Source of the DNA: Psammoneis japonica
Taxonomy: Eukaryota
DNA length: 58,300 nt
Direction: 5' to 3'
Assembly: GCA_008632985.1 (NCBI GenBank)
Contig: QPGO01000084.1
Location: forward strand, 310,001 to 368,300
In this document: positions 14,031 through 26,489 of the stretch, in pieces
How positions within the stretch are numbered: the first letter of the stretch is position 1
Layout of the letters: each line of letters starts with the position of its first letter
Notes under the pieces: model-generated
Databases searched by the model: none
Seen by the model: only the letters and a program-made list of their open reading frames with translations
What the model was told of the DNA's origin: nothing
Made by a program: the position numbers and the translations under genes

Positions 14031-14216
14031 CTTAAAAGCGGAGCTCGTTCAAGCCGACGTCATCCAACGGTCGGCACGGAAAACCGTCAGCCGTTAGCAC
14101 ATGAATCGCCAATCGCCAACGGTTTCCCTGTCTCTCGCCACATTTTTCCTTCCACCACGAGAGAGCAGCTCACAATCTAGACGATCATTCGCTTTTCATG
14201 CCGCTCCACTTTTAAG
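14031..14216 (+). repeat. 5' LTR of gypsy 1
   Basis: Direct repeat of 22670-22855 with 6 substitutions; inverted termini CTTAAAAG...CTTTTAAG. Confidence 0.95.
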
Positions 14217-14231
14217 TGGTGCTTCGACACG
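14217..14231 (+). promoter_or_regulatory. Putative primer-binding site
   Basis: TGGTGCTTCGACACG directly after the 5' LTR; TGG is complementary to tRNA CCA; the tRNA is not assigned. Confidence 0.6.
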
Positions 14232-14259
14232 TCATTCGAACACATCATCTTCGGTCTGC

Positions 14260-16756
14260 ATGACCATGGCCGATCAACCGCCGGCTAAACGCGTTAAAAC
14301 GCAATCCACCGACGAATGTCTCGCCAACCCCCTGTCCAAAACTTTCATCCCGAAACAGCGCATGTCCCACACGCATGGACGAATCACCTTCTCTTCTTGT
14401 CCCCCCCATCACCGCCAAAATGGGCGACGCCGAACGATGCTTGGCATTCAACATCAACAAAAATGCCGTCAACAGCACGTCCGGACTCACCCATGCCAAC
14501 TGTCTCACAATCATGGGCAATCTAACGAACACCATCAGCCTTGTCTAAGTTAAAACCAACGAATTCAAGACAACGGGCAAATCCTCCCTCAAGCAACCGG
14601 CCAACCTGACGGCACTGTCCCACCACAACACAGCAGGCAACCTCATCCAAAATTGCCTTGACGACGAAGGGCAACTCAGACCGATCCAAGACGGACCCGT
14701 GGCAAATTGCCGCCCCGACGGAATCATGTGCGCCAAAATCAGAGGCATCATTGACCTTGCGTCCCTCAGCGAATCAGCCAGGAATCCCACGATCACGTTC
14801 TTTGTTCGTTTGCCTGTGGAGAACGCAAACGTAACCAACGCCGCCAGAAACCAAGTGAATCCACTCACCTCCAATGGCCCAAGCAACTGCATCACATTGG
14901 ACAATCAAGCTTGTCAGGATGTCATCTGTGACAACAACGATGACGCCATCCAAGAGCCACTCGATCTCCAAGCACCCAATTTCACTGACCCCGACGAAGC
15001 AACCATCTCCACCGAAGCAAAAGGCATGAGGATTGATGCTCTCATCACCCAAGCAGGGCACAAGACCATCCTAAATGACGTTTTTACGTCCATCGCGCCC
15101 ACATTCGTGGACGACCCATTCAAAATGCTCAGCCGAGTCCATCAAACCACTGCCCAGTCAGACGGGACAACCATCTCATCGACAGTGCAAGAATGTCGTG
15201 ACAATTGCAATGTCGCACTCAGTGCCCTCCCCAATCACCCAGACTCCGAGTGGCAGTCCAATCCTCTTCGCACATTCGTGGACAATCTCGATCCCCAGAT
15301 TCGTCAAAAGATGGAGTCGGATGGATTCCGACGTCATGTGGAAACGGTGTCACTACGTTGTTCTGACCAAACAAACCTCATCCAGGAGGCGTTCTCAGCC
15401 GCCAAGAAAGCGGAATCAGCTCTTGCGGCGAATCGTCTCTTCATTCAAGGCGAGCTCCATGAGACTCACGGCTTTGCTGCCGTTGTTCAGCAATCCCCGG
15501 CGTCCTCATCCCTTGCATCCATGAACACTCCCACTCACCAGCAAGCTGCAGTCAATCACAGCGCAGCCGAAACTGCTCTCAATCGCTGCAAGACCGCAGG
15601 CAAAGGCTGTTGGGGCTGCGGATCAACCGATCATCTGTGTTGTGACGCCAAAACCAAAACCATCACTTGTCCCAGGGGTGCAGAACCAGAAATCCAGAAG
15701 AACGCAGAAATCGTCCGCAAGGACTTTGTTGAACGCATGAAAAAGTGCCGAAACGGAAACCGTCGCCGTGCCCAAGGACAATCCAACGCAGGCAATCTTC
15801 TGCTGTCAGCCCTGCTTTCCCCTCAATCTCGGACCGGAGGGAACGATGAAATCACGAAGCTCATGCTCAGCTCCATCAAACAGTCGCTGCTCGGAAAGGA
15901 CAACGGCAAGGAGGAGAAGGAAAAAGAAGCATTCACGTTCCACTCCTGCGTCCTCCAATCATCCACTCCGAGCAATCTGCCGCAGCCACCAATCCCGGTC
16001 AACAACACACTTCCCCACATCGTCCTCCAGCTGGGATCACCCGACGCTACGTTCAACCCCGGCATTCATGCCATCGTGGACAGCGCCGCTGCCCCAGTCT
16101 GTGGGAACAGCGACCACTGGATGCCTGTCGCCAAGGCTTGTCCCGAGCTCGTCAAGAGCACCTGTCATGCGAAGGATCATTGTTCGCACATCATCCTCTC
16201 CGGCGTCGTTCAGAAGGACGACAAAACGAAAGTTGATGCATCCACCAACCTTCCCGCAGCTCTAGAATTTTTCATGCCATGCATGACGAAGAATGGTCAC
16301 CCCACGTCACTGAAGATCGCAGTCGGGAAGAGCGTCTCGGCAAACTGCATCATCGGAATGAGCTTCATCTCGACAGCTCAACTCGTCATGGATTTCTCTG
16401 ACAACGTTGTCGAGTCCAAACTTCTGGAATGCGAACCATTTCCAGTCGAATGTCGCACCCCATCATGCTCGACACCGAAGATCATCCCTCGCACGGAACC
16501 GGTGTCCACACCGAGCTTGATTTCGATCAAGCAACAACTTTCCGATGTTGACAAGTTCATCACGAACTGCTCACACGATGACAAACCTCGTGCAGAAATC
16601 CTCACCAACTTGACTTCATCACGAGTCAAGTTCGACCTTGGTCCATCAACGGCCACACTTTCTGGTTGGTGCTGTCCCATGCCCAAACCTCTGTCGCACT
16701 CCATGATGTCAAAATCAACACATCAAGCCAACCAGTTGCATCACGCAAATCACTGA
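14260..16756 (+). pseudogene. gag: gypsy 1 ORF1: Gag (zinc knuckle) plus aspartic protease, frameshifted near the 5' end
   Basis: 685-aa ORF 14699-16756 containing CWGCGSTDH knuckle and AIVDSAA...CIIGMSFI protease motifs. Confidence 0.8.
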
Positions 16757-19700
16757 AATTGCTTGGCTCACTGTTGACGTTTCAAACACCATCTGCAGGT
16801 CATCAAGCACCTGCATCCCGCAAACGTCGTCAAATCATCATCCCCAAACCTCCCTGTCGAGCCAAGAAGCCAAATCTCTTCGAAGGACAGAACCTGCCTG
16901 ACGTCCAGAGTAACTTCCAATTCCTTCATGAATCAAGAGTCAGAAAAGTCATCAGGAAGAATGCACGGCCGGCCAGGGCCGACGACGACATCGATCAGAA
17001 ATTTACATCTCGCGTTTGCGAACACGACAGAGACTGTCAAGAGCTCCAGAAACTAAAATTCGATGACAACATGCCAGAGCGAATCAAAACACGAGTCATC
17101 GAACTGGTCAAGGAATGCTGGTGCTGTTTCTGCCAAGAAAACGTCAAGATTCCAATCCAAGATTATGAGTGCGTCATCGACACAGGGGATTCAAAACCAA
17201 CCGCAGCCAAGAACATCCGATGCGGTCTCCACGAAACCCCGATTGTGAACAAAGCCATCGACGCGCTCCTTGAAAACGGACAGATCGTCCCCAGACACAA
17301 GCAGCGAATGGCTCTCTTGCATCGTTCTCGCTCCCAAACCTCATCAAGAAGACGTTGCGGACATCAACGAGTTCATGTGGCGATTTTGCATCAGCTGCAT
17401 CAACTTGAATCAAGTCACCAAAGTCGTCTCATGCTACATTCCATGCTGCGACGATGCCGTCGAGCATGGTTTTGGATCATCCAAATGCTTTTTCCTTTTG
17501 GACGCATGCAGTGGCTGCCATCAGATCAAAATGGAAGAACTGTCCGCCGCTAAGACAGCCTTCGCCGCCCCTCAAGGCAGAAAATGTCGACACACAGTCA
17601 TGCCCTTTGGAGCAGTCAACGGACCCACCACATGCGTCATCATGGCCTACGACCTCAAGGACAACTGGGACCATGAAGCAAAGCAGATGGGTGCCAAACT
17701 GGACGACAGCAACGGGTCAACCATCATCACAGATGATGACTTCGGATTCACAGAGAGCTGCGAAATCGGCCTCAAACATGTCGAGGCAATTCTTCGCGTC
17801 GCTCGTCGTTGTGACCTCTCATGGAAGCCATCCAAATGCTTGTTCTTCCCGGACTCAGTGGAGTTCGTAGGGCATGACTTAACGCGCCAAGGCAATCTGC
17901 CAGCAGACTCGAAAAGCGGACTCCCAAAACGATGGAAACGACCAACGACTGTCCGCGACGCATCCAGTTTTGTCGGTTTTGGGAACTTCCATCAAAGATG
18001 TGTTCCCTGCTTTTCGGACAGAGTCGAGCACATGCGCAACCTTGTCAAAGACAACGAATTCGATCACAAGATGCTGCCGTCCGAATGGACAAAAGAGCTT
18101 GACGACGAATTCGAGGACATCAAATCTGCCATCCTCTCTAAACCCCTGTTGCGTCGCATCGACCGCAACAAACGGCCGCATCTCCGCACCGATTTCTCAG
18201 GAAAGGGCATGGGCTGTGCACTTCTCCAGCCCGGAGACGACAAAGAATCCCTCGCAGCCATGGAACGGGAAGATGCAGGAGGCAAATGCGAATTTGACAC
18301 CACGTTGAGCGGTCTCCGACTGCTTCCATGCGCCTTCGGATCTAGATTGTGCAAAGGCATCGAACGCTGTCTTCACTCCTGCATGGGAGAGGGTGCAGCC
18401 CTTCGCTGGGCGATCCACAAAAACTCTCATGCAGTGCACGGCCGTCCATTTACGAACATCGGCGACTGCTTCGGTCTCCGATGGATCATGTTTTACGACG
18501 GATGCAACCCAGCGATCACACGCCTCCAAATGGAGCTCGTCTCATGGTGGTTCACAATCGTCCACCACCCCAATCGCATGGTTGTCGACGCCGACTGCTT
18601 TTCCAGATGTGGACAGGAAATTGACCCAGACCCACTGCTCACAAAATGCACGACCATCGTTCAACAACAGCTCATGTCGAATCCTCCGGCAGCCACCGGA
18701 GAAGAAGTGCAAGCTGAGAACATGCCAGGCTGTCGACGAAACACCAAAGCTTCGGCCAATGTTTCGACAGCCATCAAGCCCTGCACTGTCAAGAAAGGCG
18801 AAATCGAAGACTCCATCATGCTCGAAAACATGCCAATCCTTTTCGGAGTTTCGAGTGACACAACACCAAAGTCCACGATCCAATGCAGTGGAGCAACGCA
18901 TGCATCGTTTCAATTGCTCACACGCTGCTGGGCCACACACGGATTCTCCTCTGGACACTTCTTCTCATCTTGCAAGGAACATCAATTTCCGCTCACAGTC
19001 GTGGTCGCCACCGATTGCGACATGCCAGGATGCAACCTCATGCAAGAGATCGGCAAGGTTCCAACTGTCTTGTCGTCAGCGAACCATCTCTTGAACCATG
19101 TCAAGCGAAATGTTGCACAGGACCTTCAAGGGTGCTGCATCACGTCACCGCATCTGCCGGACGCATCATCACAACTGGCGTTCGCAAGAACGCAAGCTGC
19201 CATCACAGCGGAAATGCGGAATCGATGCCAACTCAAGTGCTTTGCATTCCAAACAACGCCATTTTTTAAACGAACTGTCCCATCGCAATTCAAGAAATCG
19301 TGTGCAATGGATGGGTGGCATGTCGAAGAAGACGAGATCCGATTTGCTGAAATGGGCGACACGATCGACGACTCAGCGACATTTCTGTTCGGCTTCCACA
19401 TCGGTGTCACAGGACAGAAAGTTTCAGTTCAAATCGTCCGGCCACCCCCGACCCGTTCGTCCATCTCACAATTTATCCACAAACCCTTCAACTCCAAGAG
19501 CTGCGCGATCACCGCTCTGCCCGACACTGCAACCGATGAAGCCGAGGATGACAGATTCATGCTTGAAAAAGTGGCACCTGCTCAACCACCAAAGCAGTCG
19601 GACGCACTCATCATCAGTCATCTCATCAAAAGAGGACCCAGACCAGCGAATCCACGCGGCACAGCAACATGCGACGTGGATCACCCCGCTCCCCCCATCG

Positions 19701-22401
19701 GTCACTACAACTCCAACCCCTTTGGTCAAGTCTTTGGAATGTTTTTCCAAGATGAAGACTCCAAGACAAGAATCCGCTGCATTTCAGCATACGAATGCAT
19801 GTCGTGTTGGGGGCTGGAAAGAAATCTCACGCACAGGATGTGTGCAGACCCCCGCCAATTGAACCCACTCACAAACGGAGTCCCAGGCAAGACAAGCCAC
19901 GCTGTGCTGCAAACCACACACGACAAACTCACAGATGTCAGACTGTCATCCACGGAACTCATCGACACGTCACAGCAAACGGCTCCTGCAGCAACTGCTC
20001 AAGCATTTCTAAATGGCTCCACAACGACCCGACTGCCCAATCGAGAAACCTGGATCCAAGAGTTCTCACGTGACCAAGAAACAAACCTCATGATCAGAAT
20101 GATCAACAACCCCGCCTTGGTCAACAAAGAGCAATTGCAAAACATCCACCACTGCTGTCGACAACCGATGCAAGCAGGCAACATCCGAGTCGAGGACGAA
20201 ATGCTCGTCATCCGTGAATCGGTCGATTCAATCGGCAGTTTTGCCAAACTGCGCATCGTCCCATCATCTCTTCGCAACATCATCTTTGTTGCTTTTCACA
20301 CGAATCCCATTGGAAGCCACTTTAGCGTGCACTGCACCTTTCACAGGATCCGACTTCGCTTTTTCTGGCCGACCATGTGCAAGCACATCGCCGACCTCAT
20401 CAGCAAATGCCCGGGATGCACCCTCGCGAATGCTCGATGCAGACAAAAATCAGAACTGGCACACTCTTTCCCCGTCGATGAGCCATTCAAGCCAATGCAC
20501 GCGGACGCATGCATGGTCGGACGTCATCAAGGTTTCCAAGGTGAAAAATGCCACATGAACATCGTTGACGGCATGAGCACTTTTGCAGTGTCAGAGGAAA
20601 TCTGCGGCGAAGTCAATGCCGAATCATTCAGCAAAGCCATCATGAAGATTCTCCTCAACCATGGACTGTGTCGTGCAATCGTGATTGACAAAGACTCGAA
20701 ATTCCGTGGAGTGTTCATCCAAGCCATCAACCTGCTCGGACTCAACTTGCACCAAGCATCCGGAGGAAAACACAACCCTGTCCTCACAGAACGACATCAC
20801 GCTTTCTTGAACAAATCTTTGCGCATTTTTTGCAACGAACGCGACTCCGTCCAGACAGCCACAGAAGGTGTTCAATTGTCGGCCTGTGCATGGAACTCAG
20901 CCCCAGTCGCAGGTGCAGATGTCAGCCGATCTCTCGTCGCCATCGGCCGTGAATGCTGATTTCCCATCGATTGCACGGACTCCAGTCATGTCAACCTGCG
21001 GCCAACAACAACATCAGTCGAGAATTGCGCCGAACATCTGCACCGTTTACTTCCCATGTGCCAGGAAGTTTTTTGAGTGCTCATCCAAGAGCACAGAGCA
21101 ATGCACCGCAAACACATCAACAGCAACCGACCAGAACCTTTGGTTTGCTCTGTCGGAGACTTCGTTTTCATTCGAAGAGCAGCAAAATCTGATGCTCAAC
21201 GCGGCCGAGTTGACAAGATCATGTGTCGCCACACAGGCCCATGGAAAACAACTGAGAAGCTTCCAGGAGCTTCCTGCCAAATCTGTCGCTGCAAGACCAA
21301 TGCAGAAGACAAAAAGCATGCTTCGCACACAACCCCATGTCCCACTGAACTGGTTCCATTTCCACCTCTCACAGGACCTGACAATGCATGCGGACAAATC
21401 AATCGACAAATCAAGAAGCACCCATTTTCGGAGGCTGGCATTGACTCCCACACGCCACTCCAACCCTGGAGCGTTCAACGCGATGATGAAACGCAAACAT
21501 CTCAATCACTGCTGTCGACAGCCAACATGGCGTGTGTCGAATCTGCTGTGCATTTTCCCACACTCGCTGAACTCAACGATGAACTCGACGGGGTGCACAC
21601 CGAAGACGGGTTCTTGCCAGCGATGACGGATCATCTTAAACCCTCATCGAACAAAGTGTTCATCGAGGCACTCGAAGGCAGCACATCGAGCACAAACAAC
21701 AGTGCGGACTCGACTGGCCCCCAGTCCAACATCGGAGCGCCCACAGTGCAGCAAAACCACAAACAATCACACTCGGTGCCGAATCTCAATCAGCTCATGG
21801 CCCGCATCATCCAAAGCAACCACAAGTTGTTCTTCATGTCGTGTCGAGCACCAGGCACAACTCGCACCGAATGGAATCTTGTTCAAGTTAACCTTGAGCA
21901 AACTGTGGCGGAGAATCCCAACGCTTTCTCCGACAGCAAAATCTGCGTCGACTTCTGCACACGGCATCCGCATGATGCGCAACTCAATGCCCCAAACCAG
22001 CGACATTGGAAGGAATGTCACGAGCCAAATGGACAATGCATTCTCCACAATGACTTTCATCTGCTCAAACCTTCCCCGAATGAAACCAGTTGCGCACGTG
22101 ACAAACGATTGATCGTTTTCTCCCAGTGGGGCACATCCATCACCCAGACATGTTCCTTCATGGACCGCTCAATTTTGCAACGATCAACGGACGCCAAACA
22201 CGCGATCGCATGTCAGCTCACGACTGGAAAATGTCATCATCGTCATCCGAACACTGCGACAATGAGTCACCAAGCCCCAACCTCTCCCATCCATCGCACT
22301 CACATCACGTGAATGCACAGTTTCACACTGTCCATCAAGACCCTGCCATCGAAGCCCGACTGTCTGCTCTCCTCACATGCGAGTGCACGCGCAACAATTG
22401 A
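16666..22401 (+). pseudogene. pol: gypsy 1 Pol: RT, RNase H, MTase-like insert, integrase, C-terminal unknown domain; frameshifts/stop near 17290, 20959, 21077, 22130
   Basis: RT LLDACSGCHQI / MPFGAVNGP / IITDDD; RNase H LRTDFSGKGMG / GEGAALRWAI; integrase H..H..CPGC, HAD, IDKDSKF, ERHH, HTGPW. Confidence 0.9.
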
Positions 22402-22669
22402 TCCCAGCTGCTGATCAATGTTTGACGGCAATCCCTGCCGCACTGTGCTCAAACCATTCCAAAATGGAGTTGGCGCCAAAGTCAATCTCAGGTTCAAAAC
22501 GAGCCACCTCCTTCTTTTTCTTTTTCTTTTTCCAATGGGGTTTTTGCGTTCAAGCCTTTTTCCCGAATCATCACTCATCTCCCATCACAATCCTCGTGGT
22601 TCCACGTTCCGCTTTCATCCTCATCTTGTCAGAAGCTCAAGATTGGCCTCTGCCATCTTTTCTGGGTGG

Positions 22670-22855
22670 CTTGAAAGCGGAGCTCGTTCAAGCCGACGTC
22701 ATCCAACGGTCGGCACGGAAAACCGTTAGCCGTTAGCACATGAATCGCCAATCGCTAACGGTTTCCCTGTCTCTCGCCACATTTTTCCTTCCACCACGAG
22801 AGAGCAGCTCATAATCTAGACGATCATTCGCTTTTCACGCCGTTCCACTTTTAAG
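22670..22855 (+). repeat. 3' LTR of gypsy 1
   Basis: Direct repeat of the 5' LTR, preceded by a short purine-rich gggtgg and followed by TSD TCTT. Confidence 0.95.
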
Positions 22856-23304
22856 TCTTTCTTGGCAACGTAGAGGATATAATTTATATCCTATTCGCCG
22901 GATAGCATATAAAATCGAATTTGATTAGTCCGACTGAAAAAAATCTTGATGTACCCCCTTTGGAAAATTTCAGTCCATCTAATCAAATGATTTTTATGTG
23001 TTTCAAAGGACATTTATATATATTGTATAGAAAGAGCGCGTATGACTTTAAATAATAAAAACACTCCAGTAACGAATGTTATAGATTTGTCATGATGTGC
23101 GAACACACGCCTACAACCGATAAGATGAACGCGATACATAGTCTCTATTCCAGAAGATTGAAGATCTTAAATCACCAATCACAAAGCACATAGCATCGCA
23201 TTGCTTGCTGTTGCTGTCTTTTGAATGCGGTGAGTTTGTTTGTTTCTATATGCTCCTCTATATGCTCCTCAACGATCGCTTTTGCCGTTAATGTCATCTC
23301 ACTG

Positions 23305-23856
23305 ATGCTCTCTATAAGGTTATTGCTCTCGACTCGATTGATTTGGGGTGTTGCGGCAGCATTCACGTCAAGCAACAAAAGCAGATTTTCACCCTTTGTG
23401 ATTGGCACCGAGACAAACACACTGATTTGCCGTAGCATGTCTGGAACCGATGAAGTAGAAGCCGCCAAGGCTGCCGCTGCATCGTACAAGTCGTCGGATA
23501 AGGATGGCGCTGGACCCGCCACGGTCTTTGACAAGATCTTATCCAAAGAGTGGTCGTCTGACGTTGTGTATGAGGACAACGAGTGTTTGGCCTTTCGAGA
23601 CATTAACCCACAAGCTCCGACACACATTGTGCTCATTCCCAAGGATCGTGACGGTCTCGTGACCTTGTCGAATGCAAAGCCATCTCATAAAGCCATTCTC
23701 GGGCATTTAATGTATGTTGCGGCGCAAGTAGGAGAAAAGGAATGCCCGAATGGATATCGTCTCGTACTCAACAACGGCTCGGATGGTGCTCAGTCGGTTT
23801 ATCACTTGCATTTGCACATTTTTGGAGGACGTCAAATGACTTGGCCGCCGGGATAA
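23305..23856 (+). CDS. HINT: HIT-family (HINT/PKCI-like) nucleotide hydrolase, probably plastid-targeted
   Basis: TVFDKIL...VYEDNECLAFRDINPQAPTHIVLIPK...GAQSVYHLHLHIFGGRQMTWPPG; N-terminal hydrophobic stretch ending in AAAF, then a Ser/Thr-rich transit-like peptide. Confidence 0.92.
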   Translation: MLSIRLLLSTRLIWGVAAAFTSSNKSRFSPFVIGTETNTLICRSMSGTDEVEAAKAAAASYKSSDKDGAGPATVFDKILSKEWSSDVVYEDNECLAFRDINPQAPTHIVLIPKDRDGLVTLSNAKPSHKAILGHLMYVAAQVGEKECPNGYRLVLNNGSDGAQSVYHLHLHIFGGRQMTWPPG

Positions 23857-24899
23857 GAAGTAATAATAGATACGGAGGAATCGTGAAAACAATTCTCAGA
23901 TCTTTTATTACAAAGTCCGAAATGGAATAGTTCTGTAAATCTGTAAGAATATAGTTGCTAGATCTCCTGTACTATACAAACGATTGTCATAAAGTGGTAT
24001 AAACTAGAAGTTGTATACACGGTGAGGCTGTAAAAGCCGCGCCCCATCTTTGTGTGTATATATATTTCGCTTAAATTTGGATTTGCCTTGCTCTTCTGGT
24101 AAAGCAACTCATCAGTGCTTCTTTGTACCCTATTTGTACCGATAGAACAAAATTGAATCTGTGTCTCTATTCTTAGCCCTACATATAGCTTGATACTACC
24201 TTCACCAAATCCCTTTCGTATAGCTTCTCTAATTTTTTGCGCAACGCTTTCTCCTCCTGTTTGTTTTCCCCTAACAGATCGTTAAAGGCTACGACTGCTG
24301 AATACGGCTCCGATCAGCGCAATAACTCGAACTTTCCCTTCACAAAAATACCATGTTCCTTTTTTCTGTTCAAATGTTGGTCTCACAGCTTTTCGACAAG
24401 AGAAGACTTGCCTGTTCCAAAATTTTGATGTTATTGTTGCTGTGGATGTGAAATTCTCGTCTGAACAAGTCGGCTCTCCTTCTTTTGCTTCATTCTAAAA
24501 GTCCAACAATGATGAAACTCGGTTATATTCATCCAATAGAATCGAAAACTCCTCTGATCTCCCGTAGAGCTCGCTTACAGGTTTCAGTTTGCTGAAGTTG
24601 TCCGCCATTTTGCGAAGCTCTGCCTTCCCTCATCACCGCCATTGTGTCTACTTCCGAAACTGGCGACACATGGCATTCGCGGCGACACATCGCACCAAAA
24701 CGGCGAAACAAACACAGACAGAGAGGCACGTAGGCAGGCAGATAGTTCAAATAGATCGTGCCACATAAAGGGATCGCAAATATACTACACTCAGGAAGAA
24801 CGGCAGGAAGAAATGGCAGAGTAGTCTGAGTTTCTTCTAACGCAGGCATACCAACAAGTGTGTGATAATGAGCAGACGTACCAGAAACATAATTGCATC

Positions 24900-25771
24900 A
24901 ACTCTGCTTGTTGGATCCAGAGTGTCCTCTTGCATAGCCCGGATCGGCAACACTTGCTTGCTTGCTTGAATGCCTTGACAAGTTCCGGTGAAAGTGGTTT
25001 GCCCAAAGCCAGCGATTTCAAGTTGGCATTGTAGTGCGAGAGTGAACTTGCCCCCATGACTTTTCCATCATGCTGTGACAATTGAGAGTCGGTTAAAACG
25101 TCGGTTTCCATGGCTGCTTGTATAAGGTCCAATGCCTGGTTGTTGATGCCGATCGCGATATCGTTTTACCCAAAACTCGAGCCGGCGAAACGAGTGTTGG
25201 GTACAATGTCCTTTGCATTGTAAGTGCTACTAGAGTACTTTCCACTAAGCATGCCTCCCGCCAATGGATTGTAGGCATAAAGCTGAATATTGCAATTTCT
25301 CAGATCCGGAAAGAGGGCCTTCTCGACTTGTCTTGTAATGGCGTTGTACATCCCTTGATACACTGCCGTCACAATGTGCCCATCTCGAGACGACATGTAG
25401 AAATGAATATAGACCATTTCCCAATCGGTAAAGTTCGAAAGACCAAAACGACGGAACTTCCCTTCGGTAATTCGAGAGCGACTTTTCGTCCAGAACGTTC
25501 CGAGATTTCTTCTGTATTTCCTCTCTGTTACATGATGGCTGTGTCCTACTCCTACAAATTAGAGCCATATGGTATCGTCGTACTGTATAGGAAAACAGTC
25601 AAATGCGATATGGAAAACGAGATTGACGCTTGACCACTGAGTGTTGTCGCAGAAATCGTCAACCATGGTGGTGGCATCTTTTTCACTCGTTTGTCCCCCA
25701 ATTGTCATGGTCCCCAAAATCATTGCGGGGAGTCGTCCTGAATCCTCTGTCAATGTATCGCTCTTGCTCAT
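24900..25771 (-). pseudogene. Aldo-keto reductase (AKR7/aflatoxin aldehyde reductase-like), with deletions and frameshifts
   Basis: ILGTMTIGGQ, GKFRRFGLSNF, VYQGMYNAITRQVEKALFP.LR...YAYNPLAGGMLSGKY, GASSLSHYNANL are spread over several frames; expected segments are missing. Confidence 0.8.
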
Positions 25772-26489
25772 GGGGCGTTATGTTGGTCATTGACAGCAGA
25801 GTAGCTTTCCCAACAACACTCATTACAATTGGCCGTGGTCTCTCGTAATGGTCTCTCGTCACTGTCATAGAACTGATTTTGCTGCAGCTTGTTTGTCGCG
25901 ATCTGTCATTGCAACTGCAGTTATCTACTGGGTTTCCTTGGTGTCTGCGATGGTTTCATGGACTTGTTCTCAACGTCAAGAATCGGTCCAATGGCAAACT
26001 CATTCTGAGGTCGATGTGGCGTGGGACGGTCGTGGTGTTTGGTGCGCGTTTTCCAGTTTGCCACGACCATCGCGGGCAAACGTATCGGAGGGAAGTTTCG
26101 AGAAATCAAATCTCTGTAGAATTCTACGGCTACTCTCCGTATGCAACTTCTTGTTCAAGTTAAAGTTGCGCCAAAATCGTCGGAATTTTGGATTTCCCCT
26201 CTCGTGGAGTCACTAACCCCCCCAAAATCCTTCGACGAGGGAGGATTAGGAATGGCGCTACGACGACACGGTGCTAATCTCAGCGACATACGTAGCATCG
26301 TAGAAATGTGTTCTTTGTACCAGAAGCACATGTTTATGAATGGCACATTGCGCTGGCAGCGCTGCCGACAGATTTCTCTTTGTTCCCACACTTCACCGTG
26401 ACGAAAAAAATGGTGAGTCGCCGTTGCTTTCGACGATGTCGTTTGCCAGAAGTGATGAGTACGAGTGTGATGTTTTGACGAATTATTGC

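Larger units (their letters stand above)
7100..22855. other. TpA-depleted hypermutated repeat domain 1
   Basis: TA is rare and TG/CA in excess; Tyr replaced by Cys/His in every recognisable coding remnant; TA-rich sequence resumes right after the LTR end at 22855. Left boundary approximate. Confidence 0.9.
14031..22855 (+). mobile_element. Full-length Ty3/gypsy LTR retrotransposon 1 (8.8 kb), inactivated
   Basis: 186-bp LTRs at 14031-14216 and 22670-22855, 4-bp TSD TCTT (14027-14030, 22856-22859), gag-PR then RT-RNaseH-integrase order. Confidence 0.95.

Noticed and set aside
14699..22401. Alternative genetic code or codon reassignment as the cause of Tyr>Cys/His
   Set aside because: Non-coding LTRs, an intron donor and MITEs show the same change, and neighbouring genes use TAY normally
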